Below are positions 1 through 11,311 of a stretch of DNA of 55,809 nucleotides, in pieces (positions within the stretch are counted from its first letter, which is position 1; each line of letters begins with the position of its first letter). The stretch comes from Perkinsus olseni (lineage: Eukaryota): contig JABANN010000183.1 in assembly GCA_013115125.1 (NCBI GenBank), forward strand, positions 1-55,809, read 5' to 3'. Position numbers and translations under genes: made by a program. The notes under the pieces are model-generated. The model was not told the DNA's origin, did not search any database, and worked only from the letters and a program-made list of their open reading frames with translations.

Positions 1-1561
1 GGCATGCGACAAGGCAGTGGTCGTGAAAGGTCGGGCGAGTTTACCCCAGGGCCACTTGTTCTCTCGGGTAGTGTGCAGGTAACCCGCTTGCTGGACACCC
101 CGACTTCCCCGAGATGGCTGAGAGACTCCGTCCCCGAGTAGGGTCCGGCAGAATCACCTTCACAGCCAGGGGGCCTCAGGCAGGTGTTGCGCGCCGCTCT
201 GCACGTTTATCTAGCCTCACCCGGAGCGTCCTAGTCGACAGTACTCGATTCGGAAATGGTTTCTGATGGACCTTAGCGGGGACGTGTTGAGCGGTCTCAG
301 ACACCGCCATCCCGGAAGAGGACATCGATACGCGTATTTGACGATGTGTCGCTACGGACGATCGATGCTCGGCACGTGAGGACCTCTCTCGTTACGGCAT
401 GGTTATGTGTTATCATAGGGCTTGTATCTGGCCCGACAGGCGAGAGGGCTGGCTGAGGAGCAGGAGAAAGGGATTCTCCAACGTGCGTGCTGCAGTTCCT
501 AGAAATCGCCAATTGCACATGCTCGAGTTGGATGGCTACCGTCGGCTGTTGATACTATGTTCTGGCGGGTGTGGGCTCGATAGGTACCGAGGGGCTTCTG
601 AACCCGGAGCTAGGGGAAGAGGATGTTGCTCTCCTGATGCAGGCCAGGAAGAGGTAGTATCGTGTACTGTCCCCGTTTAAGGGCTCTCACTGGGGGTCGG
701 CGTGTTGACGGCGTTGGAGTTGAGCACTGCAGCGGGAGGTTGCTGTTTGCACAGGCAAATAGACGAGTTCGTGAGAGATTTCGAAGCCTCGTTGTCAAGG
801 ATGGGCCCCGACACCTATCTAGCTGCTGTGCCCTTCCCCTTGTCCGAGAGTACGCAAGATACTCTGACTGAGCTGGCAGCCCGGATGGGCGGAGGCCTCG
901 ATGATGACCTTGGAAAGCCGGTTGTGAAGGAGGCTGGTGGTAGCGGTCGTAGATCGTTGCATAATCGTTGTACTCCAGGCAGGTGCCCTCACTGCGAAGA
1001 ATCATGGCCCGGTCGTTGAGGCCCCGGGGAGCTCCTCTGCCGTTAGCCATGGTCGACCTCGGATACCCCACGTATCGAGCTCTCCTCAGGCGAATGCAGT
1101 CGTCGCTGTCGAGCCTGATGGATCGCAGCTGGACGCAAGGGCAGCCATCGCGAAGAGGAGGTCGTGGGAGCCTCTCGCTCCCAAACCCAGAGAACCGACC
1201 GTAAGAGACGGTCTTGGCTCCCCACCAGAGCGCCAGGCGCGCGACTCAGGCGTCAGACGTGGCGGGGGCGGAGGAGGCGATGCGACTGTTACGCGAGGCA
1301 GAGTCGAAGTGTGGGGACAGCATGTTGTGTGACTGATGATACGACTCATGTCTCTAGGGGGAAGTGACTTGCGTTCGAGTCGGTTTACTCTCACCCTTAA
1401 CCGGACCGGCCGACACACGTCGCTTCACGCTCTCCGCAACAACAATACCATGCGAGGGTGTCATACAGCGACTAGTGTTCATGATGGTCAACTGAGAGCA
1501 TATCTGATGATCTTAGAGGTATACCCTTTGCTGACCGCTGTCGTTGTTATCGTCAGTAATT

Positions 1562-3483
1562 ATGGTTTCTTCGAGTTCTATTTGCGCGAGCACGGCAGCG
1601 GCAGCTAATAGTGCCGCCTTGGCCTCGGCGGCCTCTCCCAACGTTATCTGTCGGTTTGGCGTTATTGCGGATGTCCAGTACGCGGACAAGGACGATGCTT
1701 ATAACTTTGCAAAAACTAAAATCAGGCAAGTTCCCGCGCACTGGTTGCCTTGGTGGCGACACCGAGCATTCTCGAGAGAGAGGTGACGAGCCTTGCTTTC
1801 AGACACTACCGGAAGTCGGTGAAGACGCTCGGTCGAGCAGTGGACTGGTGGAATTCTCTTCGGTAACTCCGCTGCTGTCGGCCGAGGGGCCCTCACAGTG
1901 GGGGTGATGACTCAGGTCACCTAGCGTCGATTTCGTGGTGAATCTCGCTGATCTGATCGATGGTCACAACAGAGGGACCGGCACTCAGAAGGAGGCGATG
2001 GCGACGGTCATGGAGGAATTTGAAAGACTTAATTGCCGGGATAAGGTCAGTAGAGAGATGGAGCTCCCGGACGGATCGGATGTCCTTCCACTAGTGCTGT
2101 GAGAGGGCGTTCTCGGCTCTCTATGGAGCGTGTATTTCGTATTCGCACTGTTCAGATTGTTCACATGGTCGGCAATCACGAGCTCTATTGCTTCACAAGG
2201 TGGGAGGTCCCCGGTTCGATCCCCGGCCGCGACATCTTCGATGGTCGTTATTTTTCGCAGGTCGGAGTTATCAAAGCCCCAAGTCTTCCCGCCTACTAAA
2301 CTCCCATACGCTCTTTCCAGACCTCCATCACTTCCAGACTCGCAATACCCCACCGGTAACCCCCGGGTTCGGAAATTTTCGCTCACCGTTTATGCCAGGC
2401 GACCCTTCGACGTTTTATTACTCCTTCGTGCCTTGCCGAGGCTGGCGTGTCGTTATTCTGGACCCCTACGACCTCAGCGTCATGCGAGAAGGCGGTGGCC
2501 GTCACGGCATCGAGTTGGTGAGTCTCATTCGCCCCCTCACGCGCCTTCCCATTTCGCTCTGCACTCAGTTGAAGGGACATGGCTTAGACCCCAAAGGCAC
2601 GGCGTTGTGTCAGAGCCACAACCCCAACGATATCGGTAGGAACTCCTGCTGGGACGTCGGAGGCCTCGGCGCTGCGGAGAACGATGGTCTGGCGAATTTC
2701 CGATGTGTATGGTCGGGCATGACACGAACCAGGCCACTATTGCCTAGCGGAAAAGACTTTTTACGTCTTCAACTGATCACTAAGTAAGCCTCTCACCTGT
2801 TCAGGTATCCAAAAGGACTTCTTCCAGGGCTTGCACGGCCTAGACTCTCGGTGGGTACCATTCAATGGCGGTTTTGGCGAGACACAGTTGGCCTGGCTTC
2901 GGAATCTCCTGCACGGCTGCCATGAGGATAATACCAACGTAGCACCTAAGCGGCCGCTGTCTATCATAGTCTTTCCCCGTTTCTATGCTTTTATTTGGCT
3001 GCAGTCTGCGGTTGTCTGCTCTCCCTCACGCTACTTCCTCTGTGTAGCCGTATCATCGCTCAGGTCATCGTATGCTCCCATGTGGTGATACATCCCGACG
3101 CCACGCATGAGAGGAACTGCCGAACACTGGCGTGGAACTACCAGGATGTCCTCGACGTCCGAGAATTCTGACATCCGCTATGGCCCCTTTCCGATATCTT
3201 CACCTCAGGCGATGTACGACTTCCCCTGTACCAAGCTGGTCCTCTGCGGTCACCTCCACCGAGAGACCTACCACCGAGATGATCACGGTAAGGCCAATTG
3301 TCGCTCGGGTTTGGCTTGACGATCTTTTCAGGGATCCATCACCTTTGCTTACCGAGCCCGATGGAGTGGGACGCCGATGAGTGCGCCATCTCATGCGACA
3401 TTCTGTCGTCGGGCGACATCCAAGTCTCCGGTTCCGGCGGAATCAGTGACCGTTACTTCAATTGCAGCGATCGACTGAGCTGA
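1562..3483 (+). CDS. ADPRM: Mn-dependent ADP-ribose/CDP-alcohol diphosphatase (metallophosphoesterase), copy 1, multi-exon
   Basis: Spliced exons give FGVIADVQYAD, VVNLADLIDG, HMVGNHELYCF, VILDPYDLS, NGGFGETQLAWL and LCGHLH, the calcineurin-like motifs typical of ADPRibase-Mn. Stop TGA at 3481-3483. Confidence 0.88.
2200..2234 (+). other. tRNA 3'-half-like fragment (variable loop, T-arm/B-box, acceptor 3' strand) at the start of a 61-nt intron
   Basis: gtgggaggtccccggttcgatccccggccgcgaca. The intron is 2200-2260 (gt...tttttcgcag). No D-arm or A-box is visible upstream, which is coding exon. Confidence 0.6.
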
Positions 3484-4054
3484 GCTTTCACTTGAGAATT
3501 CATTCCTTGCTGTGGTTGCTGTTGTGAGTGAGAACTGTCCACTTTGTTATCAAACACCTTTTGCTTCTGATGGCGGCATTTTGTATCACTGGGAGATTGT
3601 TGAGTCCAGGCATTTGCCTATCATCTCTTCGGGCGACTACTGGTGTACTTTACTGCAGTACAGAGGGTTGTGCGGGGATGGGCGGTCTACTAGCCGCTGG
3701 TCTAGTCTAGTAGTAGTCTGTAATATGTACCACTTCGGACGAAGCAGCGGTTATTACGTTGCCTACGGGTCCGCTCCTCTGCCGTCTCCTCGCTGTGGAG
3801 CTGCTATGCTTCGATAATCGAAGTTCGATTGCCTCAGGCCGCAGCTACTTCAGACTCTTTCGTGGGGTGTGCTGCTTCATCGTACTTAGACGAGGCCTTC
3901 CCCTGTTCCAAGTTGGAGCATCATCCGTGGAGAGTGTATCTGATGGCAGTCACAGTCATCTAGCCTCGTTCCCTCGCCGTCCCTCAACACTCCTTTTCCG
4001 TGGGTAATCGAGTCGGCGTTGCACAGAAATGATTTTTATTTGTTTCCTTCGTCC

Positions 4055-6639
4055 ATGCGCCCTGGCTTGAGAGTTTGTAACAAGCTGTTCACTGGGTCTT
4101 CCGGCGTCGTCCGAACTGCTGCTGCAGCGGCTGCAGCCAGTCCGAAGATACTCTTCCGATTTGGTGTCATTGCGGATGTACAGTACGCAGACGTGGACGA
4201 TACCTTCAATTACACCCGCACTAAGAAGAGGTGAGGGGTTGACGAAAGGGCCAGGGGTTCCTGATAAGATCGCACAGGCGTTCGTTTGGAAATTTTCCAT
4301 CGCCCAGCGCGGGAGCATTTTTATAAGTTCGTCCGTCAGCTGGTTGTGGTTTGGGGACTCCTCGTCCGTGATGGCTATGTGAAGCTACTTGAGTGTAGGT
4401 GCTACCGTCGTTCTGCACAGGTCTTGAGGAACGCCATCAACTGGTGGAATTCTCTCCAGTAGGGCCGCCAATGCTGTCCTTCCCTGTCAGCTTCGATTGT
4501 GTCGTCTTCAGATGCCCACCGCTTAGCTTCGTTGTGAATCTCGGGGACTTGGTTGACGGACGCAATAGAGGGCTCAACATCCAGGACCGGGCCATGAGCA
4601 AGATCATGTCCGAGTTCGATGCTCTCAACTGCCCCAGGGTGAGCAGCCAGAGGGACCGGGTCGGGTCATCTTGTCCCTTCCCCGGTAGTGGAAGCCTCGC
4701 ACTCGGTGCCCCGCAGGTTATCCACATGATTGGCAACCATGAGCTCTACTGCTTCACCCGGTAACCATCAGTCATTGTATCGACACACTCACCCTGATCA
4801 GCTCAGAAAAGTTCTGTCCGAGCATCGGATTTTCCCAGCGACTCGCAAGCGGTATTCCCTCACTCGTCCAGAGTCTCTGGGGCACGACGAATTCCCTACT
4901 GGTAAAATGAAGTGCTCGGTACAGTCGTTACTGGAAGCCTCGAGCTCAGAAGATCCCTCCTGTTTTTACTATGCCTACAAGCCCGCAGACGACTGGTTGG
5001 TTGTTGTTTTGGATCCCTATGATGTCAGCGTTATGCGGCAAGGAGGCGGCCGCCACGGATACGAATTGGTGAGGCTGGGGCCAGTCTACACCTTTTCCCG
5101 AGCAAATAAAATGTTTTTTCGTTGGATTTAAAAGGGCACGGAAAATCGAATTTTATTTTAAAAACGTTTTTATCCACTTTAAATACTTCAGCAAGTTTAA
5201 AATACTTGTGTCACGCATATTAAATCTCGCTTTCCATGCAATTTAGAATGCTCTACAGTAGTCGCCGAATTAGTCGCGCGCATCCCCGTTGTTCATTGCA
5301 TGCCTCATCGTGAAATTTTCATCCCGTAGCTTCTATCTCAATATGATCAACGTCAATGGCGTCGGACTTCTAAGGCACAGCATTAGCTGAGGGTAACACG
5401 CAACATGGTAGGTAGTTCATATACAGTAGTAGCCGTGACATCACGCCAGTGACATGATGTCACACGTGGCAGCGTTCTCGGAGGAACTTCCACCGGATCG
5501 AATCATTGAAGTATGGTTACCGTTGGCAAGAATCACGACTCGTGATTCACGAGCATTAGTGTTCTACCGTGTTTCATGAGCTTAGAGTATGTGTTCGAGT
5601 TGCAGGAAGGGGGTCGTAGTAACAGAATGATTTAGATAGCGAAATTGGATGAAAATCGATTTAAATAGAATTACACGGGTCAAATCATATTTGCTCATAA
5701 TATTAATTTGGGTGACAAAACGAATTTGGTTTGACAATTTTTTAATTCCAATGACACTGGCTAAATTGCTATCAAAATGGTTTAAACCGAACGAAAAAGC
5801 ATTTTATTTGCTCGGGAAAAGGTGTAGTATTGTCATGATGATCTTGCATTTTCCAGTTCAAAGACGCCGGTCTCGATCCTGACGGTTATGACCTGTGCCA
5901 AAGCCACAACCCTAACGACATTGGTGAGGGACTGGGCTCTCTCGGGAGCCCCTTACCCTTTCCGAACGTTTAATCAGCGGAACTTGGTGAATTTCAGGAA
6001 GCAAGACCGACTTCTTCGCCGGTCTTTCCGGAGTTGAATCCCGATGGGCTCCCGTGAATGGTGGCGTCGGAAGGGAGCAGCTCGAGTGGCTCCGCGGTGT
6101 ATTACAGACCTGCCACCAGCGAGGCACCAGCGTGAGTTCTGCCTCTCTCTTTACCGTGGAAGGCGCCTCTTTCGCAGGTAATCATTCTCTCCCACGTCAT
6201 ACTGCATCCTGACGCCACTCGGCATCGTAACTGTCGAGGGCTGCTCTGGAACTACGATGAGGTCCTCCAGGTAGGGCGGTATCTTCCGCTCGTGTAGCGA
6301 GTACCGCCAGGGTTAGGCGATTTATGAGTTCCCGTGTACGCGGCTGGTAGTATGTGGGCACATTCATAATGAAGTTTACCATCTGGATGACCACGGTAAG
6401 TTGGTGCAGTTGGTGGTGGCTCAGGTCTACCCATCGCTAGGCGGAGGTTCGTTTCCCAGTAGTGGCGTTGTTTGTTCCTTCGTGTTTTAGGTGTGCATCA
6501 CTTAACTCTTCCCAGCCCACTGGAGAGCACTCCAGATCAGTGTGCCATCACTGCCGAGGTGATGACCTCAGGGGACATCCGCATAGTACCGCGAGGAGAC
6601 ATAAGTGAACGCCTCCTACCCCATCAGAAGCTAAGATAG
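4055..6639 (+). CDS. ADPRM: Mn-dependent ADP-ribose/CDP-alcohol diphosphatase, copy 2, multi-exon
   Basis: FRFGVIADVQYAD, VVNLGDLVDG, HMIGNHELYCF, VVLDPYDVS, NGGVGREQLEWL, VCGHIH. Several intron positions are shared with copy 1. Stop TAG at 6637-6639; start ATG inferred. Confidence 0.88.
5089..5824. mobile_element. Non-autonomous DNA transposon (MITE), 44-bp TIRs, TA target duplication, inside an ADPRM copy-2 intron
   Basis: Left end caccttttcccgagcaaataaaatgttttttcgttggatttaaa (5089-5132) matches the reverse complement of 5781-5824 with 3 mismatches. TA at 5087-5088 and 5825-5826. AT-rich, no transposase ORF. Confidence 0.9.
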
Positions 6640-6798
6640 AGCTTACCGTGTCGACAGCAGTTTTTTGGCCAAACGCACGCGCTTCTCCCTCCATCTCAGT
6701 GTTGCTTCGTTCCCTTACTTGGGCCGGGCGATTGAATGGCCTTCAGTTCTTCGACTAGTGGCAGCTGTAGTTGCCGTTGTAGCTCGTCGAAGTATTGC

Positions 6799-8083
6799 AT
6801 GATTGCCTCACCCTTCTCGAGGGAAGGGTTCAAGACCCTATGGAAGCCTTTAATACCCCTCCTTGTTATCGTATCGCTGCTGCTGACGCTGTTGGTTGAA
6901 TTAAAATGGAATCACGCTTGGGCCGGACTATTGCCGTCCTTCAGAGAGGTCAGAATCGTGCGCCGCCTCCTCGTCATTCTGTCGTCTTCAGATAGTTAAC
7001 TACTTGGAATCTCTCTCAAGCCAGAACGGAAGCTACACGAAAGAGTACGCTCTGTTCGGAGGTGAGTGTTGTCGCCGTAGGAGCCCCTACCCTCCGCCAC
7101 TAGTCTGTCTCTTGTCTTCTCAGTCGTAGTTTTTCTATCAACTATTTGTGGCGTCCCGATAACCCCAGTGGAGGTCACAGCAGGCTTTGTCTTGAAATGG
7201 TGAGTGCCGAGAAATCACCACGGCTGTTGTATTCGTCATCTACTCCCTCAGGCGAGCGCTTCTCGTGGCATTCCCAGCTAAGACCGCGGGCAGCGTAGCT
7301 TCTTTCCTAATGGGAAGATATTTCTGGTGGGTTCCACCGAGGCGTTCTAGCTATTGCTATGAAGCAAGCTCAGGTTCGATCTGGTCCGGTCAGCGTTGGA
7401 CCGCAGCGACTACTACAAGGCTTTGCAAATTCTCACAAGAAATTCTGAGATGAAGTTCCTCTTTTTGTCTCGGTTTATGTATGTAAGTGAACGTCGTCCA
7501 CTAGGCCTTCTCTGTTGAGCAGCCCTGTCCTCAGGTTCCGATCTGGGTGAAGAATTACGGCGTGTCGGTGACAGCGGTTACTCTCCGAGGCTTCCTGCTG
7601 GCATCGGCAAGCGTGGGCTTCCTATTCTCTGTTCTTTTCGTATACGTTGGAGTCACCACGAGCAGCATAGTAGGAGCGATGTCTACAGGAGTGAGCGTTG
7701 GGGAATTGCAAGAGAGCAAGATTTACCCCATTGTCACTGCTTCAGTCCGAAGTCACCAATCCCGTAACACTGGCTCTTCTAGTAGTCGGTGTTATCTGCC
7801 TCGCGATAGGCTTGACGTGGATCTTCTTCGAAGTTCGCCGGAAAGTGAGGCTTCCCCCATGGGGCTGGTCCGAGTGAAACCCGCATGCTGCTGTCTTGAC
7901 AGGGGAGCTGCGATGATGATGATGATGATGATGTTGTCCTTTCCAGATCCGCCAATTTCAAGAATTAGAAGTTGACGATTCCGCCACTCGGCTGCTAGCC
8001 TCGTCACTGGATGAGGACTACGCACCCGCCAGCGGCAACAACAGCAGTATAGCGGCTGCAGCTACTTGTACAGAACGTTTTCT

Positions 8084-8125
<42 letters not shown>

Positions 8126-8165
8126 AAGTGCAGCTACAACGGCAACCACCACTTGCCGGTTATGA
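6799..8165 (+). CDS. VTT / SNARE-associated Golgi membrane protein (TVP38/TMEM64-like), multi-exon
   Basis: Hydrophobic exons LIPLLVIVSLLLTLL, ICGVPITPVEVTAGF, AKTAGSVASFLMGRYFW and FLLASASVGFLFSVLFVYVG fit a VTT/DedA pattern. C-terminal poly-Ser exon ends in TGA at 8163-8165. The start could instead be 6736. Confidence 0.65.
8083..8122 (+). repeat. (CAG/AGC)n microsatellite, probably encoding poly-Ser
   Basis: About 13 consecutive cag units inside the last exon of the VTT gene. Confidence 0.9.
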
Positions 8166-8285
8166 CGATGCCTGTCTGCATTTCTTCAGAGCACTATGTT
8201 GCTCATTCGTATCTTATCTTGATCCTTGCGTTTCGCAAAGTGGAAAGATACGCGTGTTCGAGCTGTGATGCCGTAGTTGAATTGA

Positions 8286-8861
8286 ATGCAGCGGCTCTGT
8301 CGTGTGGCGCATCGTCGATTCTCTCTACTGAGTGAGATCGCTGCCGCTCGACGAGGGTACTGTGACAAGGACTTCTACGAACTCCTAGCGGAGCGACGCC
8401 AACTGAAGAAGTCTTCGAAGCAGCCGTACTTGAAACGGCCGCTGGGGGAGGGCACACTACGGCAGATCGTACAGCTTCGAGAGTTGCAAGGAAGAATCAA
8501 CGTGTGAGGAGGGAATGTTGTGGTACTCCGACGAAGTCATGATGGCTGACCAGATTCCAGCAGCGGTTGCACGTACTGAGTGAGGGTGAGAGAGAGGAGC
8601 TACGGAAGCTGCTTGAGGAGAGGGAGAAAATACGGCAGGTGGGGTACCCTCGAAGGGAAGGGAAGACGACCACTGAGAGCATTGTCAGAAGAAAGCCACG
8701 GCGAAGCTGATGGACGAAGTTGGACAGCTGCGGTCAGAGGGCGGAGAGGCAGAGCCCGCTAGTTCCGAGGTTTTCCCACATCCTTGTTGCTGGGCTGTCG
8801 AGAGTCTGTTCAGGTTGTGAGCGTGCCGAGGGAGACGTCCCAGCTTCAGGATGGATCATGA
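8286..8861 (+). CDS. Hypothetical small coiled-coil protein with Arg-rich, presequence-like N-terminus
   Basis: MQRLCRVAHRRFSLLS..., then spliced E/R/K-rich exons (EGEREELRKLLEEREKIRQ, KKATAKLMDEV). 3' end approximate. Confidence 0.5.
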
Positions 8862-9139
8862 CCAGTAATGCACGCAGAAGAGCGATAAAAGACCATGAAT
8901 GTTTCTGATGGATTTCCAACACTCCGATTGCGCTTGTGTCCTATTCTGCCTGCCATCGACCGCCAGATGAAACCTTATCCTCATGCAGCGCTGCACTGCT
9001 CTCACATACTCGTGCTCTTCGCCCACCTTCCTGCTTTTGGATGTGTCATGTCTCTGGATAGCGCTGCCGTTGCTTCCGAGTCGGTCGTCGTACTTAGGAC
9101 GCGTTTTTCAGCCGATTGTTGGTCGGAGCTATCAAGCAC

Positions 9140-10190
9140 ATGCCAGACCCACCGCCACGATACTGCCCCAACTGCACTAAGTTTAACCAGCTTCTGCCGC
9201 GGGAATTCACACGCTCTCTCGAGACCGTCCCGGCGACGGTGTTGGAAGTGCCAAAAACTGAGGCCTCGGTGGTCATGAAAACCCTATCGCGGAAAAGCCC
9301 TCTCCCGTCTGCTATGTCCCACCTGAAGCGAGTGCGACGGCACGACGAGAAAGAAGGAATCTTGGAGGTGGTCGTCGGCCCGAAGGACTGTGAGGTTCCT
9401 TTTGACGACCTCGAAGTCCGCCTGTTCGGCGTACCGAAGTACCCAGCTTTCACGCGAGAACAGTTTCAAGAGTGGAACCAAGTATGGCCGATGGTGTGGC
9501 GGCGACCGGCTCTTGAGAGAAGTGACTCGGCGCTCAACAAGCCTAGCAGTGCCCGACGGAAGGAGATTCTGCGAATGATGGAAGCAGCAGGTAGGCGCTT
9601 GTCTCTCCGCTGCTTCAGTCACGTTGTTGGCAGGGCGAAAGAAAGTGATAATAGTATCCCCTAATGGCGACGTGATTGCCGAGGCTGAGGCTGATAATAA
9701 GCACCCATTGAAGCATGCTTGCATGGTGGCTATTAGTCAGGTAAGAACGATTGGTCCGTTGTACGTCTATTTCTCTACAGAAGGGAAGTACCGGTCACGC
9801 GTACTGTCTGAACTGAGCTCTCTTTATGCTCTCCAGGTGGCCGCGGCGGCGACCCCCCTGCCCGCAGTCCACAGTGGGAAGCGACCGCGCTCGCCCGAGG
9901 AGTCGGCGGATGGGACTCGGTCGGACATAGAGAAATCCAGCTACCTTTGCACAGGTTGCAGCGTCTACCTTTCTACGGAACCTTGCATCATGTGTGCCAT
10001 GGCGCTCCTGCATTCCCGTGTTGCCGAAGTGTTCTTCTCTAGCGGAGCGAAGTGTGACGGGTTTGGCGGTTTTCTGGACCTCGACCCACCGTTGCACGTA
10101 AACCACAGACTTAACCACACGTTCACTGTGATGCAGCTGACTAAGACGGGCCAATGTGAGCAGTGCGCTCAAGCCTCTCCGAACTGTTAA
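9140..10190 (+). CDS. ADAT3: tRNA-specific adenosine-34 deaminase, non-catalytic subunit Tad3/ADAT3
   Basis: SHLKRVR, WNQVWP, HPLKHAC (no catalytic Glu of HAE) and [27 protein letters not shown]...LNHTF. Confidence 0.9.
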
Positions 10191-10346
10191 CTCCACTGCC
10201 CACTTTATACGTACGTCTCTCGCCAGCGCTGTTGCGTCACTGCGTATGGCGGATGCCGCGTGACCGGATTGTGGCTCGCGCAGTCGGGCACGGCGGAGGG
10301 GCTCGGGGTGGTTGTTAACGGACTTCTCAATGGGTTTGTCCAGCAT

Positions 10347-11115
10347 ATGTCCGCGTCGGGGGTGTTCGAGTCTCTGAAGGCGCGTCTTAAGTCAGACGAA
10401 CAGTGTGTGGAAGTGAGCTGTGATGATTATGAAGTGAAGCCAACCCCAGGGATAGTGTGAGGCACTTCCCATACCGAAATTGGAATCCTCTCGACCGCTC
10501 TGCGTGTCAGGTATCCGCCCAATCGTGCTGAGATTGGCAGAGCATACTGGCGATACATCCACAGCCGGGCTCCTTCGGTGGTAGGTGACGGCACCTCCAC
10601 CCATCATCGTAACCGGCCACTAAGGCTCCTCAGGAACTCTCTTCTCAGGAGCTGCCAGGTGGTAGGTCTAGCACCGCCAGCTCGTCGAAGTCTCGCCCTA
10701 CGGAGATGGACTGGCTAACCTCGCTCATTGAAGTCTACCCATGCCGGCATTGTGCCGACGGTTTTGTGGATATTTGCTGTGAAATGCCACCCGAGGTGAG
10801 CCTTTTATATTCACTCAACCTGCCAACTTGAGCTTATGGTAGGTATCCTCTAATGACAAGTACACCTTGTGGTGGTGCAAGGCCCATGACGCCGTGAATG
10901 CTGAACTCAGCAAACCTATGTACCTCGCACAATGCGGCTGGGGATTTTTGCCGTTGTCTTGCCGAGGGCTCCCGTGTGACTGCCGAGCAGTGAACTCCGT
11001 GTTCCTTATCAGGTTCGGTAGCAGATGCTCCGCGAAGTACCTGCCCGCTATGCGAGAGGCGGCTAGGAAGGGGCTGACACTTGATGAGTATGATTCTTTG
11101 ATTGGCAGTAAATAG
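10347..11115 (+). CDS. ERV1: Erv1/ALR FAD-linked sulfhydryl oxidase, multi-exon
   Basis: Spliced PPNRAEIGRAYWRYIH, VYPCRHCA (redox CxxC) and WWCKAHDAVNAELSKP. Confidence 0.85.
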
Positions 11116-11279
11116 CTGTTTCTGGTACAGCGTGGGGTTTTTTTACGACAGTGGTACTCGATCGTAAGACTAAGGCGAAGTAGACGGCACCGCAAGTCTC
11201 TGTGAATTTCCCCTCGAGACGTTGAAAAACGCGGAGTCTCCGCCAAATCCAGTGGACAATGTGGACAAGTGGAAATAAA

Positions 11280-11311
11280 TTACTGATAAGTAATCAGTAA
11301 CTTATCAGTAA
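11280..11311. repeat. AT-rich inverted repeat (12-bp stem) between convergent genes
   Basis: ttactgataagt-aatcagta-acttatcagtaa. Confidence 0.7.

Noticed and set aside
2167-2234. Complete tRNA-Val gene
   Set aside because: Too short (about 67 nt), with no D-arm or A-box. The 5' part is conserved protein-coding exon (GNHELYCF).
7913-7933. Poly-Met tract in ORF 7547-7975
   Set aside because: It is a (gat)n microsatellite lying inside an intron of the VTT gene.
9284-10346. Minus-strand ORFs of 146 and 183 aa (and many similar short ORFs in the track)
   Set aside because: Antisense shadows of well-supported plus-strand genes in GC-rich coding DNA.
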